Position numbers and translations under genes: made by a program
Notes under the pieces: model-generated
Seen by the model: only the letters and a program-made list of their open reading frames with translations
The model's database searches: none
What the model was told of the DNA's origin: nothing
IMG/VR virus record: IMGVR_UViG_3300035698_010625
Location: 41,619 to 105,618 of that record
From: a virus
DNA: 64,000 nucleotides
Reading direction: 5' to 3' (one strand)
In this document: positions 54,912 through 64,000 of the stretch, piece after piece
How the letters are laid out: each line of letters begins with the position of its first letter
Position numbering within the stretch: the first letter of the stretch is position 1

Positions 54912-55347
54912 CTATGAGAATCCCTGGATTTTCAACGATGTACCATTTACATCAGACGATATAAAAAAGTATGAAGGGTTCGTGTATATCATCACTAATA
55001 CACTGACTTCCGAGCAGTATATAGGACGTAAATATTTCTCAAAAATCAGAAAAGTTAAAGGGAAAGCACGTCGTGTACGCTCCGAATCAGATTGGAAGAG
55101 CTACTACAGTAGCTCTGTTAAATTAAAAGAGATGGTGAAAGAACTTGGTGTAGAACGCTTCGAGAGAAGGATCATGTCACTCCATAAAACTCGGGGCGAT
55201 TGTAATTACGAAGAAGTTAAACAGCAGTTCGCGTATAATGTGTTAGAAGAAGATGGCTGGCTTAATGACAACATCAACGGGAAATGGAAGAGAGTAGTAA
55301 CACACATTAAAGAAGGTAGAACTTATGGTCGACTCAGAGTGGTGTAA
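54898..55347 (+). CDS. GIY-YIG nuclease (T4 endonuclease II/DenA-like)
   Basis: GFVYIITN...YIGRK...ESDWKSYYSSS...NDNING; follows nrdB as in T4. Confidence 0.75.
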   Translation: MTKTSYENPWIFNDVPFTSDDIKKYEGFVYIITNTLTSEQYIGRKYFSKIRKVKGKARRVRSESDWKSYYSSSVKLKEMVKELGVERFERRIMSLHKTRGDCNYEEVKQQFAYNVLEEDGWLNDNINGKWKRVVTHIKEGRTYGRLRVV

Positions 55348-55657
55348 CCAATCACCCTACACAGAACAACACACTACCGAACCAGTAAACATTGGAGGAT
55401 TTTCAATAGACACTGGCTTGGAATGGTATTGGGGAGCAACAATAATTATGTCTGTAATACTTCTTGTATATGCAGGCAATAAAGGTATAGACTATTGGTT
55501 TTTAAAGAAATCTAGACGTAACGCTGCTGAACATAGCGACAGTGAAGATCCGACAGAGCCTAAAGAAGGTTTTGATGGAGGTTACACTACAGTCTTCATG
55601 AGTAAAAGTGAAAATGATAGTGAAGTTCAGAAAATCATGAAGAAACGAAAGAAATAA
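55325..55657 (+). CDS. Single-TM hypothetical protein
   Basis: One TM segment. Confidence 0.55.
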   Translation: MVDSEWCNQSPYTEQHTTEPVNIGGFSIDTGLEWYWGATIIMSVILLVYAGNKGIDYWFLKKSRRNAAEHSDSEDPTEPKEGFDGGYTTVFMSKSENDSEVQKIMKKRKK

Positions 55658-55671
55658 CGTGAGGATATATT

Positions 55672-56394
55672 ATGAAAACACTATACATCACTGGGTATTG
55701 GCCACTCGTTGCTAATCCTAAAAACAATCTTCAGTACTATTCACACCAACGACTAGCTACTCAAAAACTCCTTAAAGACAAGGACGTCTTTGAGTACGAT
55801 GTAACAACCCATCGAATGTCTAGTCTACCCGGCTGGCACGCATCTGAAGAATATGCTAATCACGTTAAAGCAGCTGCTACATCGTGTGCTCAGCAGAAGC
55901 GTGACCTTGGCCCTGACATCAATTACTATGAATGGTTTGAGGGTGATAAGACACCAATTCACCTTTACCGGGATTATATGGATAGTGATTATGACACTTA
56001 CCGTAAGATGCTTGCTATCTGGTTTAGTAAGGTATACTTAGTGTCGCAGATGGTAGACCGATATCGCTATCGCTACGATCAATTTGCTTGGGTTGATGCA
56101 TCATTTGCTCGCTTTAATCGCAATCTTGAGTTTGATTATGATAAGGATGTCATTATACATTATCCCAGTAAAATGCGCCAAGGTATCCACCACCTAAAAC
56201 TCAACGCGTCCTTCATGCAAGGTACTGCAGAAGCATGGGATAAAGTGGTGGATCTATATCACTACGCTCTCATTACACTAGCAAAAGATGAATACCACGC
56301 GCACGATGAAGAGACAGTCTTACACAACGTGATTACACACTTTAGTCAATACTTTGATGAGGTTACTAATGCCACTCCTAAGATACTTAGATAA
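55672..56394 (+). CDS. HtrL/WlaTC-like glycosyltransferase
   Basis: IW.SK..L...FAWVDAS...DEE.VL pattern. Confidence 0.5.
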   Translation: MKTLYITGYWPLVANPKNNLQYYSHQRLATQKLLKDKDVFEYDVTTHRMSSLPGWHASEEYANHVKAAATSCAQQKRDLGPDINYYEWFEGDKTPIHLYRDYMDSDYDTYRKMLAIWFSKVYLVSQMVDRYRYRYDQFAWVDASFARFNRNLEFDYDKDVIIHYPSKMRQGIHHLKLNASFMQGTAEAWDKVVDLYHYALITLAKDEYHAHDEETVLHNVITHFSQYFDEVTNATPKILR

Positions 56395-57040
56395 GCAGTC
56401 TTTTTTCATTCATACACCTAAAACAGGTGGGACTAGCTTAATGAATGCATACAATCACGGGCGTGATGCTCGAATGGAGTTCAATAGTTTACACACTCCT
56501 ATGTGTATGTCACAACATTTACACGTTGACGCATTAGATATCATTTACCCTCTTTGGTGTATTGAATCTGCATTTACTGTTATTCGGCACCCATGGGATC
56601 GATTAGTATCTGAGTTCTTGTATCACCAAAAACAAACAGATAGCCCAGCAGACTTGACTAATGGTGAGCGTTTTCAGTCGTTCCTTAATCGTTGGTTAGA
56701 TGTAATATTTGATGCAGTTGAATCAGATCTGAATGCATTTGATAATCACTTACGCCCACAGACGTATTTTGTGGATGAAAGAGTAGATGTCTTTACACTT
56801 GACAATTTACACCTTGCTCGATTATATCTCCAAAATAAATTAATGATGAGTATATATCCTGGTGATCTTCTTAATGAGCGATTGAATACTACACATGACT
56901 TCCTTCCAGTCAAGGCACGCCCAGGTAGAGGCAGTGAAGAAGCAATACTAAATTCAAAGAACTATAAGCGATATTTAGCGTTATATGATGCTGATGCTGA
57001 ATTATACAGAAAAACTATATTGAAGGAAACGACAAAATGA
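56369..57040 (+). CDS. Sulfotransferase (family 2)
   Basis: 5'-PSB FIHTPKTGGTS, 3'-PB RHPWDRLVS, H.RPQ, LY..D..L. Confidence 0.88.
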   Translation: MPLLRYLDKQSFFIHTPKTGGTSLMNAYNHGRDARMEFNSLHTPMCMSQHLHVDALDIIYPLWCIESAFTVIRHPWDRLVSEFLYHQKQTDSPADLTNGERFQSFLNRWLDVIFDAVESDLNAFDNHLRPQTYFVDERVDVFTLDNLHLARLYLQNKLMMSIYPGDLLNERLNTTHDFLPVKARPGRGSEEAILNSKNYKRYLALYDADAELYRKTILKETTK

Positions 57041-57810
57041 AGAAAATTTCAGCAATACTTTATGGGTGGTTAGTGGGTAATGACGCATCTTTTGAAGAAC
57101 GAATTGAATTTGCTAAATCGGTATCTAAAAATGCACCAGAAGAACTTACAGATGTAGTGTATATGGGGAACTATGATCATGTACCTTTTGAGGTAGTTTA
57201 TAAACGAGCTGGTGTAATGCGAAGTACTATTGGATCACAGTCAGGTCCTATGGGTGCAGGTACTGCATCAAATTTTGCAAGTCATATTCACATGTGGAAT
57301 TATGCTGCTAACAGTGATATTGCTGTTGCTATCCTTGAACACGATACACGCCTAATGGCACCTTTAACACATATGTATGTTCCTGATGATATCATACTCT
57401 GTCTTGGCCCACGCGTTCCTACTGTAGATCATTACACTTATCCTAAAGGTTCCGTGGGTAGTGTCATTGATGTACAACATCACGCTGGATCACATGCATA
57501 CGCTATCTCTCCTGTCACCGCCCGGAAATTGTTAAAAGTTGTACATGAAGTTGGTATATTTGATAGCATAGATCAAATGATTTTTATGAATAACAAAAAA
57601 GTAACAATGAAAACGTACTACCCAGACCTTCAAATGCAGGCTGTTGATCCTCCTCCTGTAATAGCAGTCTGGGCTGATAATGAAGGGAAGCAGAAAGAAT
57701 CCTCAATTGGAAGGTCTGCTCCTGGTGCTAATATTCAACCTAACTACAACTATTATCTCACCCCAGGATTTGAGAAAGGTTTACAACTGATTGGTAAAAC
57801 AAATGATTAA
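57037..57810 (+). CDS. GT25-like glycosyltransferase
   Basis: ASH..MW, ILEHD, GSHAYAISP..ARKLL, D. Confidence 0.7.
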   Translation: MKKISAILYGWLVGNDASFEERIEFAKSVSKNAPEELTDVVYMGNYDHVPFEVVYKRAGVMRSTIGSQSGPMGAGTASNFASHIHMWNYAANSDIAVAILEHDTRLMAPLTHMYVPDDIILCLGPRVPTVDHYTYPKGSVGSVIDVQHHAGSHAYAISPVTARKLLKVVHEVGIFDSIDQMIFMNNKKVTMKTYYPDLQMQAVDPPPVIAVWADNEGKQKESSIGRSAPGANIQPNYNYYLTPGFEKGLQLIGKTND

Positions 57811-58597
57811 AGTATATGTAGGATGCTCTCCAAATGGTGAAGATGCAGAATCTCTCATGGTTTTGGACTATACACTACAGAAACACGCTAGTGAACCAGT
57901 GCAATTTATTCCAATGTGTCTTAGAGCAACTGATGCTTGGAGTAACTGGGAGACAAGCCAGTGGGCTACACCATTCAGTGGGCTACGTTGGACTATTCCA
58001 GAAGTTCAGGGATTTGAGGGAAAAGCAATTTACATGGACTCCGATATGATCGTGCAGTCTGACATTGCTAAGTTATATCATCAACCTATCCCGGATGGTA
58101 AAGTAGTACTAGCTAAAGGTGGAGAAGAATCTTGGCGCTTCTGTGTTTCGGTGTGGGATTGTGCTGCTGTTAAAAGATTAAAACCAATTGCTATCGAGCG
58201 AGCAAAGAAGATGCCGATGTACCACTCTCGGACAATGAGGATGTATTCCAATTCTAATTTAGTAGAGCCTTTCACTGGTGAGTGGAATTGTATTGATGGA
58301 GAAGATAAGGATCTCTCTGAAGTAGATATTCTACATTATTCTGATATGAGCACACAGCCACATCTTCCTTACGCTATACCGCGTCTTTCTAAAATAGGGC
58401 GCTTACATTGGTATGATGGACCTATCAAAACACACTGGAGACAGGATGTTATCGAACTCTTTGATAGAAATTATAAGGAGGCATTAGATCATAACTTTAA
58501 AGTAGAATCCTATATTCCTGACCCTGATAAAATGGTACAATATACTAAGCAATCACAGGCAAATTACGATCAGTACCGTAATAAATGGAGCCAATAA
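57803..58597 (+). CDS. GT8-like glycosyltransferase
   Basis: TPFS.LRW.IP, AIYMDSDMI, WN..D, ILHY.DM.TQP. Confidence 0.8.
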   Translation: MIKVYVGCSPNGEDAESLMVLDYTLQKHASEPVQFIPMCLRATDAWSNWETSQWATPFSGLRWTIPEVQGFEGKAIYMDSDMIVQSDIAKLYHQPIPDGKVVLAKGGEESWRFCVSVWDCAAVKRLKPIAIERAKKMPMYHSRTMRMYSNSNLVEPFTGEWNCIDGEDKDLSEVDILHYSDMSTQPHLPYAIPRLSKIGRLHWYDGPIKTHWRQDVIELFDRNYKEALDHNFKVESYIPDPDKMVQYTKQSQANYDQYRNKWSQ

Positions 58598-58792
58598 TGA
58601 AGCATGAATTTGATGTACAAAGAAAGAGTTTTGTAGTCTATATTGATGGCACGCCACATATCACTACTGAACTCTCTGGTGATGATGCTCAAAAAGCAAT
58701 GATTAAAGAGTATGGATCTGTTGAAGCATTTGACAAAGCCAGAGATAAGTTAACTGCGGAAGAAGGCATTCTTCTATACGAGGGAACTGTTC

Positions 58793-59509
58793 ATGGAAAA
58801 TGATTTCAGTGTAATCGGACTACATGGACATTATACACTTTTTGCTTCATGCGATCACAAGTACTTTATGCAATTTGGTGAAGTACTGCTTAATTCTACT
58901 TGGCAAAATACAACTAACGCTCTCCACATACACGTGATTAATCCAGATCATGTGTCATTTGATTGTGATAAGTTAAATGAAGCAGGAGAAGGTCGAGTTA
59001 CGTTTTCATACGAGCGCCTTGTCTCGCCATCTAAATCAGAACTAGCAAGCAATCGCTTTGTTCATGGAGTAGATGTACTTGAGCAAATTGATCGTGTACT
59101 CATTATTGATACTGACGCGGTTGTTAGGAAGCAAGTAGAAGACTTCGAACATTTCGATTGGGGTCTCTTCCTTCGTGATCCACTCCCTGGAACAATAGGA
59201 TACGAACAATATGCTACTCACGTTGCTGCTGGTGCTGTTTATCTCTCCCGCCGTAGCCCACTTGTTGCTGAGTATCTTCACGACAGATTAAAGGGTAGTA
59301 CAACCAAACCGTGGTTCCACGACCAAGCGGCATTGTATGACGCTTACAACAAATACAAAGACACGTATGAGTTTATCCAGATGCCTCATTCATTAATTGA
59401 TTGGGAATTTAGTGAGGACACTGCTATCTGGACGGGTAAAGGTCCTCGTAAATATGACAACAAACTATTCATAGAAGAATCTGCAAAGTATAAAAGGAAT
59501 CAAGTATGA
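58793..59509 (+). CDS. GT-A fold nucleotide-diphospho-sugar transferase-like protein
   Basis: IIDTDAVV (DxD), AAGAVY, WF.DQ.AL, WTGKG.RK. Confidence 0.65.
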   Translation: MENDFSVIGLHGHYTLFASCDHKYFMQFGEVLLNSTWQNTTNALHIHVINPDHVSFDCDKLNEAGEGRVTFSYERLVSPSKSELASNRFVHGVDVLEQIDRVLIIDTDAVVRKQVEDFEHFDWGLFLRDPLPGTIGYEQYATHVAAGAVYLSRRSPLVAEYLHDRLKGSTTKPWFHDQAALYDAYNKYKDTYEFIQMPHSLIDWEFSEDTAIWTGKGPRKYDNKLFIEESAKYKRNQV

Positions 59510-59920
59510 CAACCGAAACAGTTAGTATCGATGCTAATGTACTCAATTCACTCTTGGATTGGTATACACTTGCAACACCTTTCATCAAAGGTCTAGAAGA
59601 AGAAGGACCAGATTTCATTCTTTCACTTCCTGAAGAAGAGATGATGGCGGCATTCCAATCACTTAATGATGCAGTGCTTAAGCTTCGTATTCAAATTGAA
59701 GAGCATATCCTGTGACAGTAGAACTTCACCTAGCTCTTGTCGCTTGGTACAATCAAACTAATGCCGAACGTGCACTTGCTACTACAATGTTTACAGGTAC
59801 GCCACAAGAACAGGCAGATGTAGATCTTGACGCTACTGTTGAGTTTATTCGAAAAGGCGTTGACATTGAATCGAAACTACTTAGACAAATAGAAGTTCTT
59901 ATGACACAGGATATTGCAAA

Positions 59921-60685
59921 ATGAGAATAGCGGTACTTACTCCTTCTAGGGAACGCGCGCAGCAATTGATGCATATGGAAAATTCATTGTTTGAGACTGC
60001 TTCTGAAAGTAATAACATCCGCAATTATGTGTATGTGGATAACGATGATCCAGAAGTAGATAAGTACCGCGCGAATTTTACAGGAGATGGCAATCAAGAG
60101 TTAGTGATTGGTTCTCCTATGTCAGTGTCAGCGTCTTGGAATATCATTGCAGAAATAGCAGTACAGCAAGGCGCTGACATTCTTGTCATGGGTAATGATG
60201 ATGTTCTTTACAGGACACAAAATTGGGATCGTTTGCTTACACAAGAACTAAGTGACAACTTCCCTGATGACATCTACTGCGGCTGGATGAACGATCTTAA
60301 TAAAGGAGAGCGCCATTGTGCTTTCCCTATTATCTCTGTACGCGCATACCACATCCTTGGGTACTTCACGCCGGGCATTTTCCACTTCGGATATAATGAT
60401 ACTTGGTTGTACGAAGTGTTTAAAGAAATTGGGCGTACTCATTACATGGACAATATTGTAGCAGAGCACATGCATGTTAATGTAGGTAAACAAAAGGCAG
60501 ACGCTACGTATCATCGTAACAGAAATAGTAAAATCGGTAACCTTTATCACAAGGATGCAGTCATCTGGGGTGATACTAAACAAGCAAGAAAACTTGCATC
60601 ACAATCATTAGTTGCTGCTATTAGTGCTGGTAACTCAATCGTCAATCTTCGCAATGAGTACAATGTCCCTGAACTTAAATTATAG
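59921..60685 (+). CDS. GT2-like glycosyltransferase
   Basis: VLTPSRER, VDNDD, WN, GNDD, YNDTW. Confidence 0.8.
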   Translation: MRIAVLTPSRERAQQLMHMENSLFETASESNNIRNYVYVDNDDPEVDKYRANFTGDGNQELVIGSPMSVSASWNIIAEIAVQQGADILVMGNDDVLYRTQNWDRLLTQELSDNFPDDIYCGWMNDLNKGERHCAFPIISVRAYHILGYFTPGIFHFGYNDTWLYEVFKEIGRTHYMDNIVAEHMHVNVGKQKADATYHRNRNSKIGNLYHKDAVIWGDTKQARKLASQSLVAAISAGNSIVNLRNEYNVPELKL

Positions 60686-61364
60686 GTGATCTATGACAGA
60701 TGAACATATACTACTTGACGCTATCTTTGGTCCATCGATAACAGATGTTGAAGAATTGTTTCAACGTATCGCTCTAAATTATACTGGATACACTTTAAAG
60801 AAGACAATCGATAAAGAAAAAGATGAGACGCTTTATACACTTGTTCTTTATGACAGTGGTGAACTCTACATGAATGTATCAGCACCGTCACAGAAAGAAT
60901 GCTATGAAGATACTATTGAGTTGTTAAACGGGGAGACTCATTCATAATGGTTGTTGTTTTTAGAAATATTGATACACAAGAAATTGTCTTTACTGTTAAA
61001 GGTGGCGCTCCTATGGCGATTCCGCGTAAAGGTGAAATTGTCCATATTAAAGGTCACAATTATGACTTGGCGGAGGTTCATCATTATTTGGAATCATACA
61101 GTGAACATCACACAATCTACCTTCTCTTAAAAGAAATTACATAATGGAAATTATAAGAAATACTGACGTACGTATTCCACGTGAAGTATATGAAACTATG
61201 ATGGAATGGTATAATATGGGTGAAGAAGTAATTGATAAAATCAACGATCCAGCTGCAATCGCTCTTCTATTGGAGAATGCAAATGAGATGAAAGAGATAA
61301 CTGAAGAATCTCAACGCCTCCTTGTAGCAACGCGTGATTCTATTCGCGATTGGCAGAACAGCTA

Positions 61365-61787
61365 ATGGAATATACACTAGAAAAACTCGACGCCCACGCA
61401 AAGAAATTTGTACCTGAATATCACACTATAATGCTCTGTAGTACTACAGAAGGATTTGAAGAATACGTACTTTATGTTACAGATGTTAACGATATTGCGA
61501 TTCATGTTAAAAGCGGGAGTACTATTGCTGCTGTCGTTAAACTGATGGTCGACCAGATTAACAGTACGCATAAAGCACTTCAAGAAGCATCTCTTCAAAT
61601 TCGAACAGAGTCTGCTGAAGCACAATGCCACGTATCTCGACATAACAATGGTGAAGAGAATTGGAAAGTTACACACTCTTATTTTAAAAGTAATGGTGCG
61701 AATACAGTAAGAATTTATGATTGTTCTAATGAAGAATCTGCAATTATCCTAGCTGCACATCTTAACAGATACATAGGAGAAGAGTAA
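61365..61787 (+). CDS. Tandem paralog family member 1
   Basis: YTLE.L...V.H.Y..NG...Y.CS.E..A..LA.HLN. Confidence 0.7.
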   Translation: MEYTLEKLDAHAKKFVPEYHTIMLCSTTEGFEEYVLYVTDVNDIAIHVKSGSTIAAVVKLMVDQINSTHKALQEASLQIRTESAEAQCHVSRHNNGEENWKVTHSYFKSNGANTVRIYDCSNEESAIILAAHLNRYIGEE

Positions 61788-62198
61788 ATGTCAAAGCTTA
61801 CACTAGAACACTTAACCGCATGTTGTCAGAAGGTTCTACCAGACTTTTGGTCACTTAACGTTTCAGCACCAGTTGATGCTAATTGGTACAATATCGAAGT
61901 AGTAGATGAAGACAATATTACTCTTATCGATACAGCTCATCATCCTACTATTATAGAAGCAATGAAAGATGTGTATTTTGATTTGAGCAACATTGAAAAA
62001 GTGTTAGAAGAAGAAAAACAATTGAGAATGACAACAAGTCATGCTGTGGCCGAATACTGTGATAAGACTATGAAGTATCAAGTAATACACTATTTCGTTA
62101 ATAGCATTTCAATTGCAGTTTCTAATTGTTACGTATGTAGCTCTGAGAAAGCAGCAAAACGCTTAGCAATTCACCTCAATCGCATGCAGGGAGAATAA
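61788..62198 (+). CDS. Tandem paralog family member 2
   Basis: LTLEHL...VIHYF...Y.CSSE.AA..LA.HLN. Confidence 0.7.
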   Translation: MSKLTLEHLTACCQKVLPDFWSLNVSAPVDANWYNIEVVDEDNITLIDTAHHPTIIEAMKDVYFDLSNIEKVLEEEKQLRMTTSHAVAEYCDKTMKYQVIHYFVNSISIAVSNCYVCSSEKAAKRLAIHLNRMQGE

Positions 62199-62280
62199 AT
62201 TATGTCAAAAGTAATACTTAAGTTTCAGAAAGATTGGGCTGATGAATTCGATTTCGCTCAGGTGAATGGGGATTATGATG

Positions 62281-62696
62281 ATGACGATTGATATTAAATC
62301 TACACCCTTCATATACTCTTAGATTTTTGTGAAGAGCATGTGCCACATTTCTCTCATATAAAAATCAATCGCCAGCCAAGGTTCGGTTCTCCACCAAATA
62401 CTATAATATCAATCTATAACACTAGTGGGCATGAATTCGATTTGGCTTCATCTGAATATCCTGTGGATGCTATATCAATTTTATGTAACCGATTCAGAAA
62501 AATAAAATGGATAGCAGATCTAGTTGTAACACATATATCTGCTATTAAAGAAAATCATTATATCAATTATCAAGATGTTTGGTGTGTGATCCATAAGTAT
62601 GAACATAACGGTGCTACATTCGAAAAACGCTACAATGTAGAAGATGAACACACAGCGGACATTCTTGTAGCAAAGCTTAATGAGAAACCATCATGA
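62281..62696 (+). CDS. Tandem paralog family member 3 (frameshift at AAA 62296-62298)
   Basis: YTLHIL...VIHKYEHNG...Y....E..A..L..KLN. Confidence 0.6.
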
Positions 62697-63071
62697 GAGC
62701 ATTATCAGATTGTACTCTTGAAGATCTAACAGAATTTGCAGAACGTGATGTATGGCGCTATGCGGGATTCAGTGTTACACATGCTGATGAATTTTGTCCA
62801 TACATCGTCCAATTATTTGCAGCTAATGGAGATATCCTTGCAGAGAGTCATAGCTTTCAAGAATTCCGTCTCGCTATCCAATCAGTAATACAAGTAGCAA
62901 TAGACAAACAAAGATACAATCACTGCTAGCGAATGTTGGAGAACTACTAATAACAGAGTTCAGCACCATTATAAGTTAAATGGTGTAGTTACACAAGCAG
63001 AATATAGAACAGATTCTCAACAACAAGCAGAAATACTCACCAAGCTTATTAACCTTGCTCTAGAGGATTAA
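62693..63071 (+). CDS. Tandem paralog family member 4 (frameshift near 62910)
   Basis: CTLEDL N-terminus; another frame continues VQHHYKLNG...AEILTKLIN. Confidence 0.6.
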
Positions 63072-63074
63072 ATT

Positions 63075-63485
63075 ATGACACCCAAGCCATTGGAACACCT
63101 CATACAGTTAGCTAGAATGGTACACATAGACTATCATGCGTGTAAGATTGGCAGACTCAAATATACAGCAGATGATAATACTCTTCAATATTATGAAGAC
63201 ATCAGAATGCTATCCGAAGATGGATCTATACTCTTCCAAGCATCTGCCCCAAAACTAGAAGACGCTATCAATACTATGTTCAATAAGTTAAAAGCACATG
63301 ATGCACTAGCTAAATGTAATATTGATGTAGTCTCTGTACACGTACTTAAGAATGGGATGACTGGTAAGAATGTAGTAACTCAACAGTATAAAGTAGACGG
63401 CAGATTGCATAAGGAAGTAACATATGTATGCAATAGTAAAGTAGAAGCGGATCTCCTTGCGAAGCAACTTAGAGGAACTCTCTAA
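63075..63485 (+). CDS. Tandem paralog family member 5
   Basis: PLEHL...VTQQYKVDG...Y.CNS...A.LLAKQL. Confidence 0.65.
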   Translation: MTPKPLEHLIQLARMVHIDYHACKIGRLKYTADDNTLQYYEDIRMLSEDGSILFQASAPKLEDAINTMFNKLKAHDALAKCNIDVVSVHVLKNGMTGKNVVTQQYKVDGRLHKEVTYVCNSKVEADLLAKQLRGTL

Positions 63486-63873
63486 TGAATTCACCAGCTG
63501 ATCCAGATTACACACTAGACCTTGTACACAACCTCGCTACAAAGCTATTCCCTCAATTCCTTATCACTACCCAGTTATACGTTTCAGTAACACAGTACTC
63601 CATCCGCCTTCTCAATAAGGATCAATGTCCATCTGCTCACAACTCTCTACTCGAAATAAAAGAGGACTCTCTCCAGAAGGCTATCAATAGTACAGTAAAG
63701 AAACTCAAACTAATACAAACTAAACAATCACTCAATATTACTGCTCAACAAGTATCACCAATAGATATAACATCAATCGGAAAACCAGCATAGTAGCATA
63801 CGATTACCTATTAGACGATAAGCAATTGCCAATCATCGAATTGGTACGCGCTGCGAAGTATAAGGACATTTAG
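63485..63873 (+). CDS. Tandem paralog family member 6 (frameshift at AAAA 63781-63784)
   Basis: YTLDLV...AIN....KLK; -1 frame continues IVAYDYLLDDKQL. Confidence 0.55.
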
Positions 63874-64000
63874 TCATGCTAGAAACAATCTTAATTCTAA
63901 TCTTCGCTCCATCGGGTTGGATATCTGTACTTCTGATATTCGCAGTCGTTGCTCCGCCGAACAGTAAACAGGGATCTGTTCTACATGGACCGCATTGCTC

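Noticed and set aside
335-63793. Stop-codon reassignment
   Set aside because: Core genes are full length in the standard code and end in TAA, TGA or TAG; no well-formed suppressor tRNA

Overview
64-kb segment of a large T4-like (Tevenvirinae-type) myophage genome, probably from an aquatic environment. Core T4-type replication and nucleotide genes are present: gp62, regA, gp43, uvsX, dCMP deaminase, gp40-like, gp41, gp61, thyX, nrdA/nrdB, phoH and a denA-like nuclease. There are also TATAAATA late promoters, a lysis module (M15 endolysin, spanins, holin-like protein) and a GIY-YIG homing endonuclease. Between regA and gp43 lies about 26 kb of accessory DNA. Its first part is a divergent early region with host-like GC-rich codons, centred on an 8-copy 13-bp repeat array beside an AAA ATPase. 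Its second part is a ~12.5-kb RNA island (9.2-21.7 kb) with 31 canonical-looking tRNAs covering 19 amino acids, a miniature RNase P RNA and a GOLLD-like large RNA carrying an embedded tRNA-like element. The island also holds about a dozen non-canonical tRNA mimics, including anticodon-less and mini forms, a circularly permuted YrlA-like form, and a 290-nt ornate RNA with a 194-nt D-loop insertion that base-pairs with an expanded anticodon loop. Several orphan structured RNAs sit between these genes. The right end has a glycosyltransferase/sulfotransferase cluster and a six-member tandem paralog array. Several genes are broken at homopolymer runs, most likely by long-read indel errors. All RNA structures were derived by eye and family assignments from recalled motifs; no searches were run.
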